A stretch of 64,000 nt of DNA from Candidatus Bathyarchaeota archaeon (GTDB taxonomy: Archaea > Thermoproteota > Bathyarchaeia > Bathyarchaeales > Bathycorpusculaceae): assembly GCA_963770935.1 (NCBI GenBank), contig CAVYRJ010000011.1, positions 96,001 to 160,000 on the forward strand, read 5' to 3'. Within the stretch, counting starts at the first letter, position 1; every line of letters begins with the position of its first letter. The position numbers and the translations under genes are program-made. The notes under the pieces are model-generated. The model did not search any database. It had not been told where the DNA came from and saw only the letters and a list, made by a program, of their open reading frames with translations. Shown piece after piece: positions 51,420 to 61,462 of this stretch.

Positions 51420-52050
51420 CATTTACGGTGTATTCGGTATAGTCGCGCTTTTGCTTTAATGCGACTATATACTTTTACACTCAAAAGTGTAATCGCCAAA
51501 AAACTTGAATTTCTAATTTTTTAGAATCCACTCGTTCAAATTTCTTTTAATTCAATTATTTTTTTTAATCATTCTTTAACAGGTAAATCAATTTTTAGTT
51601 TTAATATTTGAGTGGGTTCGGCGGAAATCTGAGTATAAGTATTCTTCTTTTTTTGTTGGATCAAATGCACACTGGCAGAAAGCAGGATCAGTGGTCTTTT
51701 CGAAGTAAATTTTTCTCTGCCCAGATTGGCTGCATTTCTTGCATTCCAAATAGAAAAATTGTACTGCGCCAAAACTGTCTATGCTGAATTGGTAGTTGGG
51801 TACAAAATGGCTCTTTATTTCTAAAGTGGTCTGATGTTCTAAGTGACTTTGAATCTAAAGGAGTCACAAAAAGTGAAGTTGCGCGGGCGGTTTTGTTAGC
51901 TGCTTGTCATACAGCTAATTCAAATGAAATGATGATTTGGACAAAAGTCCGTGCTGCGTTTTTGCATAAACGTACCATTGATGAAAAACAAAAAAAGCTG
52001 ATACATGAAACAGATTGGTTGCTGTTAAATAATTTTACTTTCATCTTTTT
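51420..52050. other. Hairpin-dense noncoding region (candidate origin or structured RNA)
   Basis: Several 7-10 bp stems between the divergent polB and intN. Confidence 0.4.
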
Positions 52051-52244
52051 TGATATACTTTCAATTTTTAGTAATATGGAAGTTTTACATATGTCTGAAA
52101 CCTCGCTGTCAATTTTTAGAATAGCTGTCGATTATAAAGTTGAACAGTCTCAACGAATTCAAACTGAACTAATTAATTTCCTAAACAAGTTCAAGACGGC
52201 TAATACCCAAATAAAACAAAAAACTCGTCAGGTGTTTAGAAATA

Positions 52245-52506
52245 ATGAAGACAATTTGTTCAGTATGTGGAAAAGAAGGGTTCCTTCAAGTGCGTGGCAA
52301 GAGTCGGCGTGTCGGTCACTATAGAGGTTTTAAAGGTAAGACTCGCGTGGTTGAGTGGCATGCTTTAACGGCAGAAGTGGTAATCAATAAGAAAACGGTA
52401 ATCAATAAGGAAGAAAAGAATAAGCTATTTTTGAACCGTTTTGGAGAAACTCGGAGAGAGTTGGAGCCTTCGGCGGGATTTGGACCCGCGACCATTACCT
52501 TACCAA
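52245..52506 (+). CDS. Integrase N-terminal part (intN, element A)
   Basis: MKTICSVCG..H..H N-terminus reading into the att peptide LEPSAGFGPATITLP in the same frame as intC at 43158. Confidence 0.75.
52461..52506 (-). repeat. att site: second 46-bp tRNA-Thr(GGT) 3'-half copy
   Basis: Identical to 43112-43157. Confidence 0.9.
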
Positions 52507-52528
52507 GGACCGGAAAATAGGAGACCAA

Positions 52529-53356
52529 TTGAACTTTGCGACCTTTAATTGGGTCGAATTTAGTAAATTTGTCCACGGGAAGTACGCAAAATCTAACGCA
52601 CCTAAAGTAATGAGTTACTCAAAACGATATTTTTACTTGCTTGAAACAGGGGATATCGGAAAAATTAACTCCTTTCCACCAACTATCAAGACCGATGTCA
52701 TCAAGTGCCTAATCATAGTCACCAAGTATATGGGTCTCCATGAACAATTCAAAGCTGCACTGAAAAGCTATGGAATAAAGGTAAGCCGACCAGACGCTTT
52801 CGCCGCCTTTCTTCGACTCTACAACAACCACAGCAGCAACTTGGACGAATGGTTTGCCAAAGTTGAGCCAGTACTAACTCAACAAGAAAATTTGCTCCTT
52901 AGGTTTTTACGGTTGACTGGACTTCGAGCAAACGAGGGAATCACCAGTTTTAACAAGATAATTGAGCTTTCAAAGCAAGGAAAATTAAGCGATTACCTGA
53001 ACAGTGAACTTGGAATCCTGGAGCATTTTCGATACAAAGCAGATTTCTTGCGGGGAACGAAGAATGCTTTCATCAGCATTGTGCCTGAGAGTATTATCGA
53101 CGAAATCTCAAATAGCCAACCCGTAACTTACGCAGGAGTGATTAAGAAATTACAGAGACGCAAGATTCCCAGTCGAATCAGCGAGTTACGCGATTACTAC
53201 GGCACTTTCATGATTAAGCACGGGCTCGTTGCTCAAGAAGCCGATTTGCTCTGCGGTAGAATTCCACCCAGTATATTCGTCAGGCATTATTTTTCTCCAG
53301 CAATAAAAGAACTTAGAGACAGAACACTGCGAGCCCTGAATGAAATGGTCGAATAG
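52529..53356 (+). CDS. Tyrosine integrase C-terminal part (intC, element B)
   Basis: TGLRANEG, RGTKNAF, ELRDYY, LCGR, RHYF. Confidence 0.88.
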   Translation: MNFATFNWVEFSKFVHGKYAKSNAPKVMSYSKRYFYLLETGDIGKINSFPPTIKTDVIKCLIIVTKYMGLHEQFKAALKSYGIKVSRPDAFAAFLRLYNNHSSNLDEWFAKVEPVLTQQENLLLRFLRLTGLRANEGITSFNKIIELSKQGKLSDYLNSELGILEHFRYKADFLRGTKNAFISIVPESIIDEISNSQPVTYAGVIKKLQRRKIPSRISELRDYYGTFMIKHGLVAQEADLLCGRIPPSIFVRHYFSPAIKELRDRTLRALNEMVE

Positions 53357-53474
53357 GCTCAATCCAGCGGAAGGTTATCCGAAGCGCATACGCCATGAAT
53401 TCAATCATTTGTAGTAAAAGGTTGGAAAACTGAATTCCGCAGTCAGTGACCAAGAAAAATGCTTTATACAAAGA

Positions 53475-54965
53475 ATGTTCATAATGGTCACTGTGCTTAC
53501 AATTCTTCATTTATCTGATTTACATCGATCGCCGATCGCTCCAGTATCAAACGACATGTTGATGTCTTGTTTGTTGCAGGACTTGGAAAAACAAAAATCG
53601 GAAGATCCAGTCATTCCCGCCTGTGATGTAGCGGTGATAACTGGCGATCTTATAATGGGGGTAGAATATGATGACGCCAATTTTTCTGAGACTTTTGCCT
53701 CTCAGTACCGCGAAGCAAAGAGTTTTCTTATTCGGTTAAGTCAAGAATTGTTTGCTGGAAACATAGGTAGGATATTTGTCACGCCGGGAAATCATGATGT
53801 ATGTTGGCAGATTTGTAGACAGTCTATGGAATCCATAGAAACAACTGGTCGAATTGATGTATCGCGCCTCCTTGAAGGAGTAAATAGTCCGTATCGATGG
53901 TCTTGGGGCGATTTGCGTCTTTATCGCATTAGAGACTTCGATATTTACAAATCTCGACTTAGATATTTCAAGGAATTTTTTGACGATTTTTACAAAACAC
54001 ATGGCTACACATTTAATCTTGAAGATAATGAACAGGTAAATAATTTTGTTACGGAAGACCAAAAAATGCTGTTCACCGGATTTAGTTCATTATATGGAAA
54101 TGATTGCTTCGACCATCGTGGCAGGATTTCATCTGACTGCGTCGCTAGAAATGGATTGAGGATGAGAAAATACGAAACGGCTAACATTCCAGTGAAAATC
54201 GCTTTTTGGCATCACAGTTTAGAGAGTTCAGGATATGGGGTTGATCACTTGAATCGTGATGAAGTTCTGCCTTTATTGATTGATCAAGGATACACGCTAG
54301 GACTCCATGGGCATCAGCACAAAAGCGGAGTTGTTTCTTTTGCTTATCATTTAAATCCTGAGGGCTTTATGCCAGTAATTTCCAGCGGTTCCCTTTGCGC
54401 AGATCAATACTCAATTCCTCAAGGATACCGAAGGCAATATAACTTAATTGAAATAAATGAAGTAGAGTGCAAAGCGAAGATTCACGTAAGGGAATGGTTT
54501 GATAACACTAGATTAGTTTCCGCAAGACTTCACGAATTCGGAGGAAAAGGTTGGATAGTAAAGGATCTTCCTTTGCTTAGAGACGAAATCAAGAGGAAGT
54601 CACAGATCTTGGAGAAAACTTTACCATTAGTTGACAAAGCAGAATTGCTCTTAAGAGAAAAGAAGTATGAAGATGCTCTTGGTTTGTTGAAAAAACTGCC
54701 ACAAGATATGCCGATAGTTCGGAGCCTTCTAGTCGAAACTCTGCACTCACTTGCAAGATGGGACGACATAGTTCGCTTGATTTCGAAACCTTTGAATCCC
54801 AATGAGCTTTCAGTTGTAGTGAATGCTCTGTGCAGAAAAAAAGATTTTGAATCGGCAAATTTGTTTATTCGAGAATGTGAGCGAGATCAGTTGACTTACG
54901 ACAAGATATTCATCAATTTGCTTTGGAAAAGGGTTGAAGCGGAAAAAGAAGTTGCCTTGAGGTAG
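53475..54965 (+). CDS. Calcineurin-like metallophosphoesterase with C-terminal TPR-like helices
   Basis: LSDLH, ITGDL, PGNHD, WHH, LHGHQH, SGS motifs. Confidence 0.88.
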   Translation: MFIMVTVLTILHLSDLHRSPIAPVSNDMLMSCLLQDLEKQKSEDPVIPACDVAVITGDLIMGVEYDDANFSETFASQYREAKSFLIRLSQELFAGNIGRIFVTPGNHDVCWQICRQSMESIETTGRIDVSRLLEGVNSPYRWSWGDLRLYRIRDFDIYKSRLRYFKEFFDDFYKTHGYTFNLEDNEQVNNFVTEDQKMLFTGFSSLYGNDCFDHRGRISSDCVARNGLRMRKYETANIPVKIAFWHHSLESSGYGVDHLNRDEVLPLLIDQGYTLGLHGHQHKSGVVSFAYHLNPEGFMPVISSGSLCADQYSIPQGYRRQYNLIEINEVECKAKIHVREWFDNTRLVSARLHEFGGKGWIVKDLPLLRDEIKRKSQILEKTLPLVDKAELLLREKKYEDALGLLKKLPQDMPIVRSLLVETLHSLARWDDIVRLISKPLNPNELSVVVNALCRKKDFESANLFIRECERDQLTYDKIFINLLWKRVEAEKEVALR

Positions 54966-54972
54966 AACAAGA

Positions 54973-57282
54973 ATGAAATTTCAAATTGAAATAACCAAAA
55001 TCTTGGAAATCCTTTCAACAAAAATTTATGATTCTCCCTTTGCACTTCTTAGAGAAAATGTGCAGAATGCATACGATGCTGTGTTGTTAAGAAAGCATCG
55101 GACTCCCGACGAGTTTTCACCGCGAATTGACGTGAAAATTATGCCTGGTTCTGTTGAAGTCCGAGATAACGGTATTGGGATGACAGTTGATGATCTGAGA
55201 AACCATTTTTGGCGTGCGGGAGCCAGCGGAAAGAATAACGTCGAAGCCATTTCAGCGGCAGTTGTTGGAACTTTTGGAATAGGTGGGCTCGCCGATTCGG
55301 CGTTTGCCAAAAGTCGACTGGTCGTCACAGAATCTGCGAGTAATAATACGCGAACAAGGTGCCAGGCTACTAAAGACACTCTTTCGTTAGATCAAGATTG
55401 CATTTCGATGGAAATCTTACGCGACTTAATGATCCTGGAACGATACGTCTCGCCGAACCTCCTGCTGGACTAGATATCGGTTAAGCAGGCAATTGACTGA
55501 TCTAAAAACTTTTGTTGAACATGTGCCAATACCTATCTTTGTAAATGATGAGCAAGTCAGTATGAAACCTCTTGAATACTCTTGCCCGATTCGAGATGGC
55601 ATTACTTGGTCAACGTAGATCCAAGCAAAATAATCAACTTCCTTGGAATGTGACTTGAAAGTCTGAAAATTCAGAGAGCGGAATTTCCGCCTGGATTCTA
55701 ATGGGAAAACATTAAGTCTAGGTGGCAATTTGATAGAGCTACGCGCTTCGCTGAGCAAGGAATTCGGAAATAAATAATGACTTTCCGAGTGGCTTTGGAT
55801 CGTCTAGGAGTGGCGTGTACTCCGTTTTATTCCTTCGGCGGCGTTGTCATCTCAAAACTTCTTCAACCAACCGCAGGATGTGATGCTGAGAATGCGCGTC
55901 CGAGTTTTGATGATTACCTCTTATAGTAGGAGACGATTGCTCCAATTGTCGCTGACTCTCCCTATACGGATATGAACACTTATTTTATGAGTTGGGTTGC
56001 CCGAGAAGAAAGAGATTGCCTGCTAGGAAACCTGAAAGCTTCTCTTTAACAACAGGGAAGAAAATGAGCTTAAGGAAGTGGGTGAGTTGCCAAGAAAGAT
56101 TTACGTTAAGTACTATAACGGTTCGCAGGAGTCCGTTGCAAAGGAACTAGGAACTGAAGAGACCTGGTTAATTCAGATCGCCAGTAGTAATCCCCGTGGT
56201 CGTTGCGAAGCTGAGTACCTTGCAGGATTTACCAATGCACATTTGGTCTCGGGTGAACCTCGCGTAACTTCATTTCGACCCGACAATTCATGGAGTCGAG
56301 ACGAGGCGGCGCTGTGTTTTCAAAATAGGTCAAGTTGTAGGGTCTGATTATTTCTTGCCTGTGAAATAAGATTTGGCAAGATTAGTCATAATTTACCTTT
56401 GCTCGTTAATGATGCAGTCACACCGCCGGTTTTAACCCGGATCCGAGCAATAGCACAATTCAAACTTTACTTCAGTGCTATAGTGCTGATTTTTTGGTTT
56501 TCAATTCTTACGTAAAAGACTTCGTGCGAACTATTGTTTTCCCACGTATTGCACAACTTGTGCCGAGCAGCACCAGAGGAGGCGCTGAAGCCTTTCTGAG
56601 CATTTTGCGAAGACAAAAAGAAGCATTTGAATATGATCAATCTGAGATAAGGCAGGTGGATGATGTCATCGCAGACTTTGTAAAAGGATCAGGGACGTAA
56701 CCGAGGCAATTGATGCAGCATTAGCCGCAGCTAGAAAGCAGAAACAAGTAGTTTCCGTTAGCGATGTCAAAACAGTTACATCAATAATGCCTGATATTGT
56801 ATCAAATCAGCAAGTGCTTGAGGTGGAAGAGGAAAAAAGTAGGGGAATAAACTATTCAGCTTTTCCCCCGAGACCGGCAATAATTTCGAATGACGTTGAG
56901 ACAGATGCAAAGAGACCAGGATTAGAAGATTCAGAAATCGATGTTTGGTTATAAAGGTCTTCTCTGTTTATCTGAGAAAGCTTATGGCGATAGAGCCGAA
57001 TTCTTCTATCAACCGCATTATACAGAAATTATTTGGGGTGGTCAAAGAATTATCTTCATATTTCGCCATCTTTCTGGAACTTTTGGATTCTATTATGATG
57101 TAGAACTAAACTAGTTAATGGCTATTCCATCCGGCGGAGCAAGTTACGAAACCATGACGCTAGTTCTAAAAAACTCTGTATTCCTACCCATTCCGTCAAC
57201 TCTTTTTCAATGCTTCGCCCCTCATAAGAACGAGAAAAAGAAATTCGATGTCAGATACGATCTTTTATACCCAGAATCCTAA
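54973..57282 (+). CDS. HSP90/HtpG-like GHKL ATPase with long C-terminal region (multiple frameshifts)
   Basis: FQIE..ILEILS..IY..LLRENVQNAYDA, DNGIGM, GASGK, GTFGIG; coding-like fragments continue to ..FDVRYDLLYPES*. Confidence 0.78.
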
Positions 57283-57527
57283 ACGTAATAACTTTCATTT
57301 TCTTTTTCATTCTCAGTCGATAGCATTATTGGTGCAGGAGTACGCAGAGCCTTTGAAATATGTCTCTTGTTAATTTGAGGTCCTTTTGCCAATCCGACAT
57401 TTTTAACTATAACTCCAATAAATTTTTTTGAGACATCTTCGGGCTTAACTTACTCATCGGTCTAACCCTCCCAAATTGGTTTAAAGGAGAGAGACAAATT
57501 GAGATCCTTTTCGAAAGCATCAAAATG

Positions 57528-57632
57528 CAACTTTGTGGCAGGATTCCGCCAAGCATATTCGCGAGGCATTATTTTTCTCCAGCCATAAAGGAACTTAGAG
57601 AACGAACGTTAAAAGCTTTGGAAGAGATGGAG
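57528..57632 (+). pseudogene. Relic 3' end of a related integrase
   Basis: LCGRIPPSIFARHYFSPAIKELRERTLKALEEM vs LCGRIPPSIFVRHYFSPAIKELRDRTLRALNEM at about 53250-53350. Confidence 0.85.
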
Positions 57633-57886
57633 ATTGAAGCAATAAAAAATGGCTATGGGCAAAATTCTAACGGAGGTGATTGGGGATGCTTGCAGGTGAA
57701 GACTTGTACGAAGCAATTATAACAGAACGGCTCTCTCGCTATCGCTGGCGCAAAAAACGAAATGGATGAGCTCTATTTTCTAATACAATTACCTAAATAG
57801 AAAAAGGGTCTTAAAGAGTTGGGTAAGATTAATACTGTTAGAACAACTAAAAGACTGGTCAGTGAACTAATAAGGTCTGACTAATC

Positions 57887-58834
57887 GTGAGTAAATCAAA
57901 TGCAGATAGCAATCATTCAAAAAATGAGGATTGGAAGACAAAATTTGTACAACGTAAAATGAAAGAAAGCGGCTATCAATTAGAGGATTCCGTTTACTCC
58001 ATATTTTCAAAACACTTACCTGACTGTGAGATTGAGCAGAATCATCACTTCTCTGATTGGGAGACAGGTAAAGACAGAGAAATAGACCTAAAAATTACTT
58101 ACTCAGTTACTGTCCCATCAATTTTTATAGAATATGTTTTTCTTATTGAATGTAAGCAACTTCCAGATAATTTTTGGACTTTCGTGCGAAGCCGGCAGCA
58201 GCGCATGGTTTTTAAAAATTCAATTTCGATTTGGGATCATGTTGGAATAGATGGACGTCAGGAAAAAGTAGTGGATATTTTGGATCCAATTTTTAAGGTA
58301 AACAAGATTGTTTGCGATTCATATGCTCAAACCTATAAAGAATTTTTGCCAGACATAGCTAAAGGAAACCCTGACAATATTAAATCCAACAATCGCACGG
58401 ACAACATAAGAACCTCGGAAATTGAATTAGCTAAGGCTTTCTATTTTGAAAAAAGGGAAGCTTTGCAACAAGCAGAAATAGGGCGGGTATTGGAAGACAT
58501 TGTCGATAATATTCAGATATTTTACCCTATGATTATTTTTCAAGGTAACTTATTTGAAGCAAATATGCAATCTGACCCGCCCGAGGTGAGGAGCATAGGA
58601 AGTGCTCATCTAAATCACTTCTCAATTCAGGATAAAGAAAATATCAGGATGGTTATTGATGTAGTCCATATTGATAGCTTAGAGCAGTTTATCGACAATC
58701 AAATACTTCCTGAAATCGCGCGGATTAAAGAGAATAGTTCAAAATTGTGGGAATCTTACAAATCTCAAGTAAAATCCCTAAGACTACGATATAATCGCGG
58801 CGAGATCAAATACTCGAAAGACTCACTTTTCTAG
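57887..58834 (+). CDS. PD-(D/E)xK nuclease-fold protein
   Basis: SGYQLE..V, REIDL..FLIECK. Confidence 0.7.
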   Translation: MSKSNADSNHSKNEDWKTKFVQRKMKESGYQLEDSVYSIFSKHLPDCEIEQNHHFSDWETGKDREIDLKITYSVTVPSIFIEYVFLIECKQLPDNFWTFVRSRQQRMVFKNSISIWDHVGIDGRQEKVVDILDPIFKVNKIVCDSYAQTYKEFLPDIAKGNPDNIKSNNRTDNIRTSEIELAKAFYFEKREALQQAEIGRVLEDIVDNIQIFYPMIIFQGNLFEANMQSDPPEVRSIGSAHLNHFSIQDKENIRMVIDVVHIDSLEQFIDNQILPEIARIKENSSKLWESYKSQVKSLRLRYNRGEIKYSKDSLF

Positions 58835-58916
58835 CTCAACGAATCAATCTCACTAAAAATAGAAATAGACTCTAAAATTTGTTTAAGTGAGCGATCAACA
58901 CTGAAGGGATCACCCC

Positions 58917-60461
58917 TCATATTAAGAGTTTATAGAGCTTGTCTATCTTGTGTTGATCAACTTTTCCTTCGCATGTTGGTATTAACTTGAGTAAGTATTG
59001 CCTTGCTTTAAAAGAACCGTATATTTGGCTATTCAGCTAGCGCGAAATCTACTATTCTTGAGCAATCGTTAGATGACAGGGAAGTCTTGATATTTTGAAT
59101 TATTTCCGCGTTAGTCCCTGCGATATCAAAACAGTCACTTCGTCCAAATTCGGCCACAAATTCACCTTTATTTCTCGCCGCGATTTCTTTCAAGTCTGGC
59201 GACCTTGAGAGCTGTGCAACGATTTCAAGAATCGCTGATTTGCACATCGGTGTGGCTGTCTCAAAATACCACTTTAGAAGTGACTCAAACAATTGAGCGC
59301 CTTCTTCTCGGTCTCTTTCGAGAATGGCTTCTTTTAGAAAAATGAAAACGTTTCTGTTATCTTTCGAGTTGCTAGATAAATCAAAGAGTCCCACCGCTTC
59401 TAGCAAATCGGCGTAGGCTTGCTTGAGAACGGAATATTCCATGTCTTTAATCGTTTGAAGAATTGCGGGTTCATCCAGTGGTTGTATTGAGTGGATTGTT
59501 CCCTGAAGTATGCTCCTTCTTGATTCTCTTCCTTTGGGGAGTTGAATTGGCGGCCTCACTGTTGGAGGCGCTTGCCCACCTGGTTTAACGACTTTCAATA
59601 CTTCTTGGACAATAAATGCAATACCTTTGCTAGTTGGGATTCCATGATGCCAGCTAGAAGCAATGACTTGCTTCGAATGAAGGCAGCATTAACATTATGC
59701 CACACCGGCAGGATGACTTTTCTGCCTTCGATTTCTTTTGCAACAAGTCCTTCAAGCTCCCTTTGCGGCCAATCTTTTTTGAAAAAATTTTCGCTAAGGA
59801 TTACTATACCATAACCTGATTTAGCAATACCTTCATCTATTGATTTATGAAGTCGGTCTCCAATTTTGATTTCCGATTCATCATACCAAACCTTTAGTCC
59901 AGCCGCTGTAAGCGCATCTCTTAAAGGTCTTGCAATTGAATCTTTATCTTCCGAGGCGTGACTTATGAATACGTCCCAAGTATCATCTGTCCTTTGCGTC
60001 GTGATCTTTCCCTCTTCCACTTGTTCGGTCACTATCTTTGGCTTAGAACGCGATATATTTGTCTTTTGAATTATCACTTTATTTGCTGGGTATCCGTATG
60101 CCTTAGAGCGGAATTTTTCTCTTGCAGCTTTATTTTTTGCCAACTGAAGAATTTTGTTTTTGTTTGATGAAAATAAATCCACCTTAATGAAGGTTAGTTC
60201 GCCTTTACTTCTATTCACCTCTATTAAATCTCGACTTTTCAAAGCATGGGTTACATCAAGAACACGTTTTGAAGTAATTTTACACCCTGGTTTTAGCGTA
60301 TTAAGATTCAGCGCGATTTCTTTTGCTGTTTTCCCACTGCTTTTATTTCGGTAGATTTCTTCAAAAACGTCCTGCTTATCTTCAGATCCGCTGAGGAAGT
60401 CTGCCGCTTTAATAATTTGCATGTCTCCATACGTTCTAACGTCGGCTGTACCAATTACCAT
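58917..60461 (-). CDS. wHTH-TIR-helical domain protein (about 514 aa after fixing frameshifts near 59643 and 59037)
   Basis: N-terminal VFEEIY..KTAKEIA wHTH; TIR WDVFISHASEDK..VWYD..GIVILS..WPQRELE with catalytic Glu; frames rejoin as GIPTSKGIAFIVQEVLKVVKP and NSQIYGSFKARQYL. Confidence 0.85.
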
Positions 60462-60462
60462 T

Positions 60463-60657
60463 TTACGATTTGCCCTTCTTTGTTACTCCAGGATAAGGTT
60501 TAACCTTGCCAAACTTGGTTCTAATATTTCCTGCACCCATTCCAGTTGCCAAATCAATTTCTTCGGATGTGGCTCCGCTTTTCAAGAGTTGAATAATTAA
60601 TAAATTTTTTATTGATTTTAGCTCCTTCAACGAATCTTTATCTTTTTCTAAACTCAC
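60463..60657 (-). CDS. Small helix + HTH protein
   Basis: ELKSIKNLLIIQLLKSGATSEEIDLATGMGAGNIR; SD-like GGAGG upstream. Confidence 0.7.
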   Translation of the reverse strand: MSLEKDKDSLKELKSIKNLLIIQLLKSGATSEEIDLATGMGAGNIRTKFGKVKPYPGVTKKGKS

Positions 60658-60669
60658 CCATCAACCCTC

Positions 60670-61092
60670 CTACATCTCTGGTTTTGATTTTTCGGTCATT
60701 GTTTTTCCCATAGCCTTATGGATCTCAATTCCAAAATCTTCAAGGGAGAAAAGACTTTTTCCTCGGGTTCCACCTTGTACACCAACTTGTTCAGCTATGC
60801 CCACTCTTGTCCACTTTTTCCAGTTCTCAGATACATCAGCTGGGTACATTCCTGAACGCTCAAATAATTCTTTAGTCGTTCTTTTACCGTCTGAACTCGA
60901 ATATACAATTTTTTGTGATTCAGATCGTACTTGCTCACTTAATATTTTGCCAACCTCGGCATGGCTGGTTACTTTAATCCATTTGGTGAGTTCTTGAATT
61001 GATGAAATCATTTGTTCTGTTTTGATTGACTGTTTATTTAGCGCATCCACTAATTGTTCTTCTATTGGCCGAGTGTCCTTCTTCTTACTCAT
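60670..61092 (-). CDS. Small coiled-helix + wHTH protein
   Basis: ELTKWIK..KIVYSSSDGKRTTKEL..WKKW..G..SLEDFGI; ATG overlaps the upstream gene end. Confidence 0.78.
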   Translation of the reverse strand: MSKKKDTRPIEEQLVDALNKQSIKTEQMISSIQELTKWIKVTSHAEVGKILSEQVRSESQKIVYSSSDGKRTTKELFERSGMYPADVSENWKKWTRVGIAEQVGVQGGTRGKSLFSLEDFGIEIHKAMGKTMTEKSKPEM

Positions 61093-61462
61093 CGGTCGCA
61101 TCTCCATCTTTTGGAAGCCCTTTGATTGTTGGAACTTGGATCCCGATTGATTTAAGAGAAACTACCCGCTTGAATCGCCCTTGTGTCCCTGCGGGCATCA
61201 CAATGGGTACAGTCGCCCATCTTTGCCACATATTTTTAACTGTCTGATGAGTAATCTGCATCCCAGTGCTGGATACAATTTGAGCAATGTCCCGTGTACT
61301 TTTGTCACCTTTTGAGAGTTCATAAACAAGCCTGTCTACATCATCCCTTAACGTTGCTGCTACCATTTTGGTAAATGTCGTCCATACCGAGAATTTTACC
61401 CAAAATGTAAGTTCCTCGATTTTTGCATTCAAATCTTTCGTTTTTTCATCCAAATTACTCAC
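61085..61462 (-). CDS. Small coiled-helix + wHTH protein
   Basis: ELTFWVK..RLVYELSKGDKSTRDIA..WQRW..GR..SLKSIGI; GTGA overlap. Confidence 0.78.
   Translation of the reverse strand: MSNLDEKTKDLNAKIEELTFWVKFSVWTTFTKMVAATLRDDVDRLVYELSKGDKSTRDIAQIVSSTGMQITHQTVKNMWQRWATVPIVMPAGTQGRFKRVVSLKSIGIQVPTIKGLPKDGDATDE

Larger units (their letters stand above)
43112..52506. mobile_element. Integrated element A (about 9.4 kb): split SSV1-type integrase, PolB, cargo
   Basis: Perfect 46-bp direct repeats at both ends; intC inside left end, intN inside right end; AT-richer than flanking core genes. Confidence 0.88.

Noticed and set aside
52379-52412. Direct repeat GGTAATCAATAAG x2
   Set aside because: A short in-frame duplication in the intN linker (VINK repeated); it could be an arm-type site, but there is no further support.
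43112-52506. The two 46-bp repeats as functional tRNA genes
   Set aside because: Neither has the D-arm or 5' acceptor strand adjacent; they are att copies only.
59595-60461. Thoeris, CBASS or SPARTA assignment for the TIR gene
   Set aside because: No SIR2/Macro ThsA, cyclase or short Argonaute is visible nearby.
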